64,000 nt of DNA from an uncultured Candidatus Saccharibacteria bacterium (GTDB taxonomy: Bacteria; Patescibacteriota; Minisyncoccia; Minisyncoccales; PEYH01). The stretch's first letter is position 1. Each line of letters opens with the position of its first letter. Below the pieces are notes generated by a model. It saw only the letters and a list, made by a program, of their open reading frames with translations. It was not told where the DNA came from and did not search any database. Shown piece by piece: positions 16,310 to 26,331 of the stretch. The position numbers were made by a program, and so were the translations under genes. Location: assembly GCA_964616145.1 (NCBI GenBank), contig CAZTRD010000001.1:4024-68023 (forward strand), written 5' to 3'.

Positions 16310-19252
16310 ATGATAAAATTTCTTAAAACTAAAATCCTTTTAGTTTTGTCCTCTGCAATGATTTGGTTTTTTGGTAGCCCAGGGATAACCCATGCCCTTC
16401 TAGGACTATTAACAAAGCCCTTTGAGGTGATAATAGAAATATTGATGTTCCTGATTTTAGGAGGGGGCATGTCCTATGTCGCGCTTGTCGCCACACAGGG
16501 AATTTTGAATTGGGTCGCCAGCCCGAATTTTATCAAGGTAAGTTTTACCGGAGCTGATAATGTAATGGTAACTGCTGGCTGGACTGTAGTAAGGGACTTT
16601 ACCAATCTTTTATTTATCCTTGTATTGATAGTAATAGGACTGATGACTGCTTTAAGAACCTCCAAAGAGTATCAGGTACAGAAAACACTGCCTATTCTTA
16701 TAGGAATAGCATTACTGATAAATTTCACCCCTGTAATCTGCGGGGTGATTATTGACGCGTCAAATATTATAATGAATTTCTTCTTGTCTGCCGGGACAGA
16801 GGGATATGGAGCTTTCGTTAATTTCACTGATACGGCAAAGGGAATATTAACAGGCGCTTTCAAGGGCTTGATAAGTAGGTGGCGAAACCTTATTGATGGA
16901 ACTTTTCTATTTCAGGTTTTATTCTTTATCATTTTCAATATAGTTTGTTCATTTATTTTCTTGATAATGGCGGGGCTTTTACTAATCCGGCATATTGCTC
17001 TATGGATTCTCGTGATTTTTGCGCCTTTGGCATTTTTCTCTTACATTCTGCCTGCGACAAGAAAAATCTGGCATCAATGGTGGCATAATTTTATTCAATG
17101 GTGTTTTGTTGGAGTTGGTGGAGCATTTTTCCTCTATTTAACTCAAGTTATGTTGGGAGAAATAGAAAATCTGGCGGGCCCAGCGAGAATGGGGGCTGAT
17201 GAGAATTTTACATTATTAGGCAACTTATTATTAAGAATGGTCCCAATGATTCTATTGGGTGCTGGCGTATTTGTAACAATGTCTACTTCTGCCATGGGAG
17301 CCAATGTTATCACTGGAGCCGCAAGGAAATTACAAGGAAAGGCCTTGGGCGGAATGAAAAGATATGGAGGCAAGTGGGCCGGAAGAAAGATAAAAGATGG
17401 AGCGAGATGGGCTGGAAATAAGGTTCCACGCGGAATAGATAGGGGCATGGGGAAACTCTCTGCGTATAGATCTAATTGGGGAAGGGATGCCGAAGGGAAA
17501 GAGCTTACTGGGATTGGAAACTGGGCAAGAAGAACAGTAGCTGGCGCCGTTTCCGGTAGCGTGCAAGGATTAGGACGTTCTGGACAAGTGGTCACCAGTA
17601 GATTAGGAACTGCTCAGAATATAAAAGCCCGAGATGAGTATAAGAAAGTAGCAGCAGGGAAAACATATGAACAAAATCTTGCTACTACCAGAAAAACAAA
17701 TAATCCGGCTGAGCTTCTGGCACAAGTAATGCATTTTATAGAGAGTAAACAAATAAAAGATGCAATAAAATCTGGCGCGATTACTCCGGACAAATTACAA
17801 GCAGTTTATGAAACGGCGGTTCAGGGAGGGCCAGATATGAAGAAAGACAAGGAAGCAATAGAAAGAAGCTTTGGCGGAAATGATAAATATGCTCCTGTTA
17901 TAGCGAAAGTGCTTAGCGAACAAGATCCTTATAGGCCAGTGCGCGATGAGAGAGGTCAAGTCGTAAGGAATGCCGATGGTATTGCTAAATACGAAGGTCA
18001 TGATCGTAGCGGGTTGACAGATGAAGATAAAAAAGAAGGATATAAAACATTGCAGGAAAAGATTGTAGCAGAAGCCAGAAGTAAGGATGACTTTGATGCT
18101 ATCGTTATGGATAAAAAAGAACTGGCTAGGATTGTAGGAAAACACGGAACCCGTCAACAGGTTGGTTGGGCTTCTGATAAACATGGACCAGAATTCAGAG
18201 AAGCGTTACAAGAATACATGACGGAATCTTACAAAAAGGCTGTTAGCGCAGGAGATCCAAAGAAGATTTTCGACGATGTAAGCGAAGATGTTATGAGATA
18301 TGCTGCATCTAATACAGGGGATATTAATCCTGTATCGAAAGAGTTCGACAGAGATAACAAAATTACTAAAGCCTATAGAGAATATAGACACCCAGGGCCA
18401 ACACCTCTCAATATTGGATCGATTGATGCTGCTCTTGCTCCAACAGATGAGGTAAGAATGAGAATTAAGTCAGAGGAAGCTGAAATTGCAGCCGGAAAGG
18501 AGACTGTGGAACGCCGCAACCGCAATGTTATGAAAGCTAGAGAAATACTAGCCAGAAACGTCACAATACGAGATGCTGCTGTTCACAACGCCGATGAAGC
18601 TGCTAACGAATTGCAGGATCTTAGGAATGCTCCTACTCCCACGCTCCAACAGAATTTAGCAGACAGAAACGTTGAAATTGGAAGGGCGGAGGCAAAAGTT
18701 GCAAGAGCTAACGAAGAGGTAGAAGAAGCTCAAGAAAGATTTAATGACGCTCTAAGAAATGCTACGGAGGCAGAAGAAGAATACAGAACAGGAATTCGTG
18801 TCGCCTTACAAAAATGGGGTGACGAGCAAGTAGCAAAAACTGGACTGAGAGTATCTGCCAATCCAAATGAACGTGATTCTATAGATCCATCAGAATTTTA
18901 TAGATCAGTTGGAGCATCTCAACAAGATATCATTCAACTTGCCGCTGATCCAGGTAGCGGATTTAATTTTACGGAACTTACTATGGCTATCCAAAACCTT
19001 GGAACAGAGTTTGGAGAAACCTTCCGCACATATATACAAGATCAATATAATCAAAATCAGGCCCAGAACAGAGAAATATGGCGAATGTTTGGAACAATGA
19101 ACAAAGAAACTATGTTGAAATTCTTCACAACTGAAGGACGACGATTAAATGGGTTAGACGCTATTATTGATCAACAAACTCAAACAGCAATCAATCTCTC
19201 GGAGGATGAAATAGATGCATATGAGAGAATATATAAGCAGAATAATCCCTAA
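16310..19252 (+). CDS. VirB6/TrbL-like polytopic membrane protein with a ~640-aa cytoplasmic extension (TcpH/PrgH-type architecture)
   Basis: 980 aa. About 8 hydrophobic helices occupy the first ~330 aa. An R/G/K/W-rich segment (GGKWAGRKIKDGARWAGNKVPRG...) and coiled-coil regions follow. The family call rests on architecture and gene context only. Confidence 0.5.
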   Translation: MIKFLKTKILLVLSSAMIWFFGSPGITHALLGLLTKPFEVIIEILMFLILGGGMSYVALVATQGILNWVASPNFIKVSFTGADNVMVTAGWTVVRDFTNLLFILVLIVIGLMTALRTSKEYQVQKTLPILIGIALLINFTPVICGVIIDASNIIMNFFLSAGTEGYGAFVNFTDTAKGILTGAFKGLISRWRNLIDGTFLFQVLFFIIFNIVCSFIFLIMAGLLLIRHIALWILVIFAPLAFFSYILPATRKIWHQWWHNFIQWCFVGVGGAFFLYLTQVMLGEIENLAGPARMGADENFTLLGNLLLRMVPMILLGAGVFVTMSTSAMGANVITGAARKLQGKALGGMKRYGGKWAGRKIKDGARWAGNKVPRGIDRGMGKLSAYRSNWGRDAEGKELTGIGNWARRTVAGAVSGSVQGLGRSGQVVTSRLGTAQNIKARDEYKKVAAGKTYEQNLATTRKTNNPAELLAQVMHFIESKQIKDAIKSGAITPDKLQAVYETAVQGGPDMKKDKEAIERSFGGNDKYAPVIAKVLSEQDPYRPVRDERGQVVRNADGIAKYEGHDRSGLTDEDKKEGYKTLQEKIVAEARSKDDFDAIVMDKKELARIVGKHGTRQQVGWASDKHGPEFREALQEYMTESYKKAVSAGDPKKIFDDVSEDVMRYAASNTGDINPVSKEFDRDNKITKAYREYRHPGPTPLNIGSIDAALAPTDEVRMRIKSEEAEIAAGKETVERRNRNVMKAREILARNVTIRDAAVHNADEAANELQDLRNAPTPTLQQNLADRNVEIGRAEAKVARANEEVEEAQERFNDALRNATEAEEEYRTGIRVALQKWGDEQVAKTGLRVSANPNERDSIDPSEFYRSVGASQQDIIQLAADPGSGFNFTELTMAIQNLGTEFGETFRTYIQDQYNQNQAQNREIWRMFGTMNKETMLKFFTTEGRRLNGLDAIIDQQTQTAINLSEDEIDAYERIYKQNNP

Positions 19253-19297
19253 AAATCATTGATTTTTAGACAGCGTTCTCCAACTACAATATTATTG

Positions 19298-19327
19298 TTA
19301 GCAAACTTTCTCTAAATGTGATAAAAT
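19298..19327 (+). promoter_or_regulatory. Putative internal promoter with an extended -10 (TTAGCA-18 nt-TAAAAT, TG at -15/-14)
   Basis: TTAGCA at 19298-19303 and TGATAAAAT at 19319-19327. It sits in the only sizeable gap (84 nt) of the locus. Confidence 0.35.
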
Positions 19328-19336
19328 TTAGATTGT

Positions 19337-19750
19337 ATGAGCTTTGAATTAACCAAAGAACAACGTTGGGAAATTTTAAATAGCTTACCTGAAAGTCTAA
19401 GGGATACTATTTTTTCTGGAGATACGTCTGAAGCTATTACCAGTATTTGCCAATTGCACGATATTGACGATACCTCCATTATCGCAAAATTAGTAGGCCA
19501 GGTTTTGATGGGTCTTCTTCCTCCAGAAAAGATTGCAGAAACTATTAAAAAAAGAATCTCTATCATTGAAGAATCTTTATGCAACACTTTGGCAATAGAA
19601 ATACAGCATTATATTCTTGATCCAGTTATGGATGATTTAATGATCTTGTATGCATCAGAAAAGATAGAAGAATCGAGCATTAAAAATGATATTCCCGCTG
19701 AAAAGAAATCCGAACCAAGAGATACTTACAGGGAAAAAATAACAGAATAA
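19337..19750 (+). CDS. Hypothetical soluble protein of the T4SS-like locus
   Basis: 137-aa acidic ORF with no hydrophobic segment and no recognised motif. The next gene follows after 3 nt. Confidence 0.5.
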   Translation: MSFELTKEQRWEILNSLPESLRDTIFSGDTSEAITSICQLHDIDDTSIIAKLVGQVLMGLLPPEKIAETIKKRISIIEESLCNTLAIEIQHYILDPVMDDLMILYASEKIEESSIKNDIPAEKKSEPRDTYREKITE

Positions 19751-19753
19751 ACT

Positions 19754-20161
19754 ATGGAACAACCTCTCCCACAATTTCTGGATTTACAACCTAAGGTTGC
19801 TGGCCCATTCACATTCAAGCAATTGATTTTTGTTGCAGGTATAGGAGTGATAATTCTGATTCTTTTTACAATGATGCCGATGGGAACCTTTCTGCTATTA
19901 GCCATCCCTTTGGCAGGATTAGCTGCATTCTTGGCATTCGGGAAAATTAGAGGATTTCCCGCTCCCACAGTGTTAGCAAGGTCATTCGGATTTCTTTTTG
20001 CAGGCAAAGTATATGTCTGGAAGAAAAAAGGTACTCAAGCAGAACTACCAATAACTAAAAAAGCTGAGAAGATTGAGGTGTTGAAACCAACAGCTTCCAT
20101 GAAAGTGGGCGGGGGAAGTAGATTAGAGAATTTGAAAAAAATAATTGAGATAAACGGATAA
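19754..20161 (+). CDS. PrgI/VirB3-like small membrane protein
   Basis: 135 aa. The N-terminus LDLQPKVAGPFTFKQLIFVAGIGVI is followed by two helices and GKIRGFP, the pattern of PrgI-family proteins encoded just before VirB4 genes. Confidence 0.55.
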   Translation: MEQPLPQFLDLQPKVAGPFTFKQLIFVAGIGVIILILFTMMPMGTFLLLAIPLAGLAAFLAFGKIRGFPAPTVLARSFGFLFAGKVYVWKKKGTQAELPITKKAEKIEVLKPTASMKVGGGSRLENLKKIIEING

Positions 20162-20162
20162 A

Positions 20163-20819
20163 ATGTTAAGTAATATTTTTGGAGCTACAACACAAAATTT
20201 CCTTGATGTAGAAAGAATCAAAGAAGGAACAATAATCCTTAAAGATCATAGTCTTAGAGGAGTAATGTTGGTTTCTTCTTTAAATTTTGCTCTCAAGGCA
20301 TATGATGAGCAGCAAGCTACTATTTTTCAATTTCAGAACTTCTTGAATTCATTGGACTTCTCCTGCCAGATCCTTATCCAATCAAGAAAATTAAATATGA
20401 TCGGATATATAGATTTCTTAAAGCAATTAGAGGAAAATCAAACCAATGAATTGCTTCAGGCTCAAACCAGAGATTACAGGCAGTTTATAGAAAAGATGAT
20501 TGAGGGAAGCTCTATCATGACTAAGACATTCTTTGTAATCGTCCCTTTCTATCTTTCAGAAAGTGAAGGAACTACTGCTGCTGGAGGAGCTTTGTTTAAA
20601 TTTAAAACTGTTCCCAATTTAACAGAGGAATTATTCCAAATGGCCAAAGGTCAGCTATATCAAAGGATGGAATTTTTGTCATTAGGATTGAGAAGATGTG
20701 GGATTTATGCGACATCCCTAAAAACAGAGGATATAGCGGAACTTTTATGGAGACTATACCATCCAGCAGAAGCGCAAGTCGGGTATAATCCGGAAATTCC
20801 TCCAGAATTTTTAAGATAA
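20163..20819 (+). CDS. VirB4-type ATPase, N-terminal domain (separate ORF; in frame with 20823-22613 across one TAA)
   Basis: 218 aa. TQNFLDVERIKEGTIILKDHSLRGVMLVSSLNFALKAYDEQQATIFQFQNFLNSLDFSCQILIQSRKLNM resembles Gram-positive VirB4 (PrgJ/TcpF-type) N-termini. Confidence 0.6.
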   Translation: MLSNIFGATTQNFLDVERIKEGTIILKDHSLRGVMLVSSLNFALKAYDEQQATIFQFQNFLNSLDFSCQILIQSRKLNMIGYIDFLKQLEENQTNELLQAQTRDYRQFIEKMIEGSSIMTKTFFVIVPFYLSESEGTTAAGGALFKFKTVPNLTEELFQMAKGQLYQRMEFLSLGLRRCGIYATSLKTEDIAELLWRLYHPAEAQVGYNPEIPPEFLR

Positions 20820-20822
20820 TAT

Positions 20823-22613
20823 ATGGATTTTTCATTTTTAAACTTAAAAAAGAAAGATGATATAAAAATGCCGGAAACCCAGGCAATGGGACTTTTGGAT
20901 ATCCTTGCTCCTCCGGCAATCAAGTTCAGGCCGGATACCGTAGAAATAGGGAAAACTTTAGCCAGAACATATTTCGTATTTTCTTTCCCAAGATATTTGA
21001 ATACCGGCTGGCTCTCTCCAATTATCAATCTTGATACTCCTATGGATCTTTCCATATTTATGCATCCGGTAAATACCGGCATGGTATTGAAGAAATTAAG
21101 AAAGAAAGTAACAGAAGTCCAGTCAGAAATAATGGAAAAGGAGCAAAAGGGACTTATCAGGGATCCTATTCTAGAAAATGCCTATAGAGATATAGAAGTA
21201 TTGAGAGATAAGCTACAAACAGCAGAAGAAAGGATGTTCCAAGTGGGCATATATATAACTGTATATGCCCAGTCAAAGGAAGAATTGGATAAAATAGAGG
21301 GAGTATTAAGATCCTTGATGGAGTCAAAGTTGGTATATATAAAACCATCCCTATATCAGCAAGATAAAGGGTTCGCTTCTACTTCTCCATATGGAACAGA
21401 TAGGCTTTTGGTCCATACATCAATGAACACAAGCCCATTTTCTACAACATTTCCTTTTATCTCTTTTGATTTAAGCTGCAACGAAGGAATACTATATGGA
21501 ATCAATCAGCATAATAATTCTTTAGTGCTATTTGATAGGTTTGAAAGCGTAGAAAACGCCAATATGGTTGTATTCGGTAAATCTGGAGGAGGAAAAAGCT
21601 ATGCGGTTAAACTGGAAATTTTAAGATCATTAATGCTTGGCGTTGATGTAATCATTATTGATCCGGAGAATGAATACAAGTATTTGGCAGAGGCTGTTGG
21701 CGGATCTTTCTATAATATTTCTTTAAAATCAGAAAATCATGTTAACCCTTTTGATTTGCCATTGCCCCTTGAGGATGAAAATGCTGAAGATGTTATCAGA
21801 TCTAATATAATTAACTTGGTCGGATTAATGAGAGTAATGCTTGGAACTCTTAGCTCAGAAGAAGATTCATTGATAGATCAAGCTATTAATGAAACTTACG
21901 CAGCAAGAGATATTAATAAAAATACGGATCCGACATTATGGGGCAATCGTACGCCTTTACTATCTGACCTGGAATCAGTCCTGGAAACAATGGAGGGGGC
22001 TGAAAGTTTGGTCAAAAAATTAAGAAAATTCACAAAGGGAGTATATTCCGGATTTTTTAATTTTCCAACCAACGTCACAATGAAAAGCAACGTAGTGGTA
22101 TTCGGAATTAAGAATCTTGAGCCGGAATTAAAACCAATGGCGATGTTTATCGTAATGAGATATATCTGGAATACCGTAAAAGAACAGCTGAAAAAAAGGA
22201 TACTGGTTATTGATGAGGCCTGGTGGTTAATGCAGAGCCCGGACAGCGCATCATTCTTGTATGGAATCGTAAAAAGAGGAAGAAAATATTGGTTAGGAAC
22301 TACAACTATCACCCAGGATGTTAATGATTTCATGAAATCAGAATATGGACAGCCGATTATTAGCAACTCTTCTTTACAGCTGTTGATGAAACAATCTTCC
22401 GCAACGATAGATGTTGTACAAAAAACCTTTAATCTTACTGATGAAGAAAAATATCTATTATTGGAATCTCCTATCGGGGAAGGGATATTCTTTGCCGGAG
22501 ACAAACATGTAGCAATGAGAGTAATAGCTTCTTACACAGAAAACCAAATAATTACCACTTCTCCTGAGGAATTATTAAAGATCCAGGAATTAAGGAAATT
22601 AAAAAACCAATGA
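20823..22613 (+). CDS. VirB4-type ATPase, central and C-terminal ATPase domains
   Basis: 596 aa with Walker A VVFGKSGGGKSYAVK, Walker B RILVIDEAWWLM, and TTTITQDVNDF. Confidence 0.85.
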   Translation: MDFSFLNLKKKDDIKMPETQAMGLLDILAPPAIKFRPDTVEIGKTLARTYFVFSFPRYLNTGWLSPIINLDTPMDLSIFMHPVNTGMVLKKLRKKVTEVQSEIMEKEQKGLIRDPILENAYRDIEVLRDKLQTAEERMFQVGIYITVYAQSKEELDKIEGVLRSLMESKLVYIKPSLYQQDKGFASTSPYGTDRLLVHTSMNTSPFSTTFPFISFDLSCNEGILYGINQHNNSLVLFDRFESVENANMVVFGKSGGGKSYAVKLEILRSLMLGVDVIIIDPENEYKYLAEAVGGSFYNISLKSENHVNPFDLPLPLEDENAEDVIRSNIINLVGLMRVMLGTLSSEEDSLIDQAINETYAARDINKNTDPTLWGNRTPLLSDLESVLETMEGAESLVKKLRKFTKGVYSGFFNFPTNVTMKSNVVVFGIKNLEPELKPMAMFIVMRYIWNTVKEQLKKRILVIDEAWWLMQSPDSASFLYGIVKRGRKYWLGTTTITQDVNDFMKSEYGQPIISNSSLQLLMKQSSATIDVVQKTFNLTDEEKYLLLESPIGEGIFFAGDKHVAMRVIASYTENQIITTSPEELLKIQELRKLKNQ

Positions 22614-23116
22614 TAAATACTGGGCTAATAGCAATCGGGTTAGCTGCTTCTATTCTGGTAGATGCATATGGATTAATCTGCGGTGTGATAACTTTTTTTT
22701 TGAATGGCCAGATAGGAGCGATGTTGGGATTAATAGGGACTGGTTTTGGAGCAATATTCCTTGCTTATTGGACTTCAAAGGTAGCAGGAGGAGGATTTTT
22801 TAAAAATAAAAGGTTGCTAAAGAAGTTTGCCTGGACAACTACGGGGGAAACAATACTTGGGGGAATTCCTTTCTGGACTCCTTATGTGATAACCACTTGT
22901 ATTAAAAACTGGAACAGTGATTCAACAGCGATTATTAAAGGTGACGGGAAAGAAGAGGTTGAAGAGGATTTCACTAGTTTCATCAACTCCACTGAAGAAG
23001 ATTTTGACGAACCTCATGCAGAAATGGATTTAGAAGAAAATACGGAAGAGGAGGAGGTAGAAGAAGAGGAGATAGATGATGAAACAGAAGAAGAATCCAG
23101 TTCAGAAGAAGAATAA
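22610..23116 (+). CDS. Small membrane protein with a poly-acidic C-terminal tail (T4SS-like locus)
   Basis: 168 aa. An ATGA start/stop overlap links it to the VirB4 gene. It has 3-4 helices and the tail EEEVEEEEIDDETEEESSSEEE. Confidence 0.55.
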   Translation: MINTGLIAIGLAASILVDAYGLICGVITFFLNGQIGAMLGLIGTGFGAIFLAYWTSKVAGGGFFKNKRLLKKFAWTTTGETILGGIPFWTPYVITTCIKNWNSDSTAIIKGDGKEEVEEDFTSFINSTEEDFDEPHAEMDLEENTEEEEVEEEEIDDETEEESSSEEE

Positions 23117-23134
23117 AATGCTTTTTGGCGATCT

Positions 23135-26100
23135 ATGAATAAAAAATCTCTATTAATTCTATTGTTTGTTTTACTTCTTCTTTCAAAACCGCTTTTAACA
23201 AGCGCAAGGGATTTAGAAACACCATATCCATCTTTGCCTGGAGTTATTACTCCGACAACTACTGAAGAACCTATTATTCTTTACTTATTATATATCTATC
23301 AACTATCAATAGCTGCTTCTGGTTTTATAATCTTTATAATGTTTATAATCGGAGGATGGAAATATCTTTTTTCGGTAGGCAATCCGTCTAAAATGCTGGA
23401 TGGGAGGAAAAGAATGCAAAGCGCTTTATTGGGCTTTGTAATTGTCCTGGGTTCATACATGATTCTAAACACTATTAGTTCTGGATTCATTGTTTTTCCA
23501 GATCTTATACTTGAAGATGTAGATCTGGGCGATGTGCAGCAAAGCGTTCTTGAGAATTTCCTGGCTGAACAATATTTGAAGGAATTACCACTAGGAGCTT
23601 TGATTACCTCAGAATATACCGCTTCTGTGTTTTTGGAAGATGCTACGCCTACTGATCCAAAAATAGACATTGATGATCCTGAATCATACAAATCATATGT
23701 GGCTGCTTTCCCTAAAATGAAAGAATATAATAGTGATTTCCAAGGAGCACTACACGGAAGAAGGTTAAAAAGAATCCTAGAAGTAGCAAGCTCTACCAAC
23801 TCAATGGCTACAGTGATGGAAAGCATTGCACAGGATATAGGTAAATCTGTTTCTTATGCAGAAAACAGATTAAATCTTCTGGCTACCTTAGCCGCTACCT
23901 GCAGTTGCTCCAAGTGCAGAAACCTATTATGCACAGATCCCATAGCTCTCATTTGCCCCTGTTTTCTATGTAATAATGGGCTATATCCTTGCGGTGTTGT
24001 TGAGAGAAAAATAATGAAACACATACAAGATGAAGTTCCTAAATTATATGAAGGATATGAATCTGAAAGCCCAACATCTATAATCCCCTGTAAAACGCTA
24101 GAGCTAGAATATGCTTCGAAAATTCTTCTCAATTTTGCTGTAGATGATAAATATATAAATAGCGACAAAGATACCTCTGACAATTCATTTGTTGGGTCTC
24201 AGGAAGAGGAAGACATGAAAAAAGCCCTTGAACAATGCCATGGACAAGATTGGAACCAAAATTTTGGAATATCTGATACAAAAATCCAAGAAAAATTGTC
24301 TAGCATATTGAACCAAATTACTTCGGCTATTTCTAATGCCTTAAGCAACATACTTGATACCAAAGATACCTCAACAAGAGATAGTTTGTATAATAATCTC
24401 AATAACAAATACTCCGATGATATAAATAATTTCTTGAAGGAAAAGGATAAGGATGCATCTATTTCAACAAGCACTACGGAAATAGAAAAACGTAGAGATA
24501 TATTAGCCGTTACAGAGAATAGCGGTAATTGGGATCCTACCAGCACAATTCCGGAAAGAGATGTGGTTACAAATCTTAATGACTTACAGGTTATTTATAA
24601 TTCCTTACTTGACGTTAAAAAAATCATGAATCCGTATGACATTGAATTCCAATCTACGGAATTAATGACGTATATGCAATTAGAAGCAACCAAAGCTAGT
24701 ATCCAAGTTTTTGATCCGGACCAGATGCCAACCTCTATCAAGGATGAGGGCAAGATAATAGTTTTTCCATATAAAGTATTATTCGCTAATTCTCTTTCTT
24801 CTATAAGCGAGAAGGAGATTATGAAATATTCTGAGGATCCAGCAACATTCTATTACGAAAATCCTGATTATCTGCAAAGCGAGGTTAAGAAGAATAGTCC
24901 TCTTATTAATCTTTTCTCGCAATTATTTAATTTCAAAGTAAATATAGCTAACGCCGAGGAGGATGAAGTCTCAAATGACACAGGGGGCCTTACCGAGGGT
25001 TTATCTGACGAGGAAAAGACCCAATGCGCTCCATTGGTTGAAATACCGATAGGAGATGCTACAGATGAAGCGTTGAATCTTACTAAAGATATATTGGATC
25101 AACTAAAAACAATGAAGGATAACATCGTATCAATGCCACAGAAGATAAAGAGTCTTAAGCAAAACCAGAAAGACTTCTATGAAGCAGCAGATAACCTTAT
25201 AGAAAAAACTGAGGAATGCAAAAATAGTTGTTTAGGCAGCTGTTCGTGCACTTGTGGGGTTCCGGTAATGATTCCTTGTCCAACTACCGGTTTATGTTGT
25301 GGTTCTTGTAACTGCACATGTATGAGTATTGTCGGTGAAATTTGTCCAGGATTGAAATCTGCAATAGTAGAATTTGAAAAAGCGGCGATGATTATGAATA
25401 TAACATTCAATGATATCTCTGATGATATTGAGGAAATAATTGTGGCCTTCAAAAGATTAAATTCTGAAGACATTAAAGAAGATAAGGATAAAAATGTCGA
25501 AGGGACAAAAGACCATGAGTATCTTGGAACTAATATATGTTGTATAGATAAAGAGGGCGATGGTAATTGTAGAAACGAAAAAAATGATGGGTATGTGAAT
25601 ACAGAAGAGAGAAAATATACTCTAAAAGAACAATTAGTAAGGGTTCAATTATTGTTAAATAGATCCAGGGAAATAGGATACTCCTCATCCGAGTCGGATG
25701 ATAATAAAAGCGATTACGCAATACTTTTAAAGGGTTTAGATGATTTAAAAGATGATCGATATTCTAACATGGCCTACAGAACAAACGATTTTTTAATTAG
25801 TGGCGGGACCACGCCTACAACAGATCCGTCTTTGGCTCCAATATATGGTTATTCATATGAGACATACGAAACAACCGAGAGTGGGGAAATAATCAATACC
25901 ACAGAAGTCCCATTGGAAAATCGCTACTTATCAGATCTTTCTGATTGTGGGTATATCTACGAAGACGTAGAGCAACTTGAGGAAGATCAACGGAAACACA
26001 GCTTAGCTCTTTTATTAGACAGCGAACTAGCTAAGGGGGAGTTTCTAGATGATTTCACCAAACTTCTTGACCCTAATATTTCAGAGTCCTGCACCCCGGA

Positions 26101-26323
26101 TCCTCTTCTTGATTGTTATTATTATGTTAAATACATGAAAAAGGACGCTATTGAAGATGTAAAAACGCCGAAACGAGATAGAATTCCTTTCCATTGTTAT
26201 TTTTATATTAAAGATTTAAAGTATCTTAATCTTCCAACGGGCACTCGAACTCCAGAGGGAGGAAATTTAGCCAACAATATGTATTGCTGTATTGTTCCAT
26301 ATCAACCAGAAAAAGAGTTATAA
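23135..26323 (+). CDS. Giant secreted Cys-rich protein with an N-terminal VirB2-like pilin module
   Basis: 1062 aa with a signal peptide. The module is IYQLSIAASGFIIFIMFIIGGWKYLFSVGNPSKMLDGRKRMQSALLGFVIVLGSYMILNTI. Cys clusters: CSCSKCRNLLCTDPIALICPCFLCNNGLYPCG and CKNSCLGSCSCTCGVPVMIPCPTTGLCCGSCNCTCMSIVGEICPG. Confidence 0.65.
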   Translation: MNKKSLLILLFVLLLLSKPLLTSARDLETPYPSLPGVITPTTTEEPIILYLLYIYQLSIAASGFIIFIMFIIGGWKYLFSVGNPSKMLDGRKRMQSALLGFVIVLGSYMILNTISSGFIVFPDLILEDVDLGDVQQSVLENFLAEQYLKELPLGALITSEYTASVFLEDATPTDPKIDIDDPESYKSYVAAFPKMKEYNSDFQGALHGRRLKRILEVASSTNSMATVMESIAQDIGKSVSYAENRLNLLATLAATCSCSKCRNLLCTDPIALICPCFLCNNGLYPCGVVERKIMKHIQDEVPKLYEGYESESPTSIIPCKTLELEYASKILLNFAVDDKYINSDKDTSDNSFVGSQEEEDMKKALEQCHGQDWNQNFGISDTKIQEKLSSILNQITSAISNALSNILDTKDTSTRDSLYNNLNNKYSDDINNFLKEKDKDASISTSTTEIEKRRDILAVTENSGNWDPTSTIPERDVVTNLNDLQVIYNSLLDVKKIMNPYDIEFQSTELMTYMQLEATKASIQVFDPDQMPTSIKDEGKIIVFPYKVLFANSLSSISEKEIMKYSEDPATFYYENPDYLQSEVKKNSPLINLFSQLFNFKVNIANAEEDEVSNDTGGLTEGLSDEEKTQCAPLVEIPIGDATDEALNLTKDILDQLKTMKDNIVSMPQKIKSLKQNQKDFYEAADNLIEKTEECKNSCLGSCSCTCGVPVMIPCPTTGLCCGSCNCTCMSIVGEICPGLKSAIVEFEKAAMIMNITFNDISDDIEEIIVAFKRLNSEDIKEDKDKNVEGTKDHEYLGTNICCIDKEGDGNCRNEKNDGYVNTEERKYTLKEQLVRVQLLLNRSREIGYSSSESDDNKSDYAILLKGLDDLKDDRYSNMAYRTNDFLISGGTTPTTDPSLAPIYGYSYETYETTESGEIINTTEVPLENRYLSDLSDCGYIYEDVEQLEEDQRKHSLALLLDSELAKGEFLDDFTKLLDPNISESCTPDPLLDCYYYVKYMKKDAIEDVKTPKRDRIPFHCYFYIKDLKYLNLPTGTRTPEGGNLANNMYCCIVPYQPEKEL

Positions 26324-26331
26324 TATAGAAT

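Noticed and set aside
17143-17595. 150-aa and 78-aa minus-strand ORFs inside the VirB6-like gene
   Set aside because: They are antisense to a long continuous ORF and have a Pro/Ala/Leu-rich, non-protein-like composition.
21896-22504. 202-aa minus-strand ORF
   Set aside because: It is antisense to the VirB4 ATPase domain, which carries Walker motifs.
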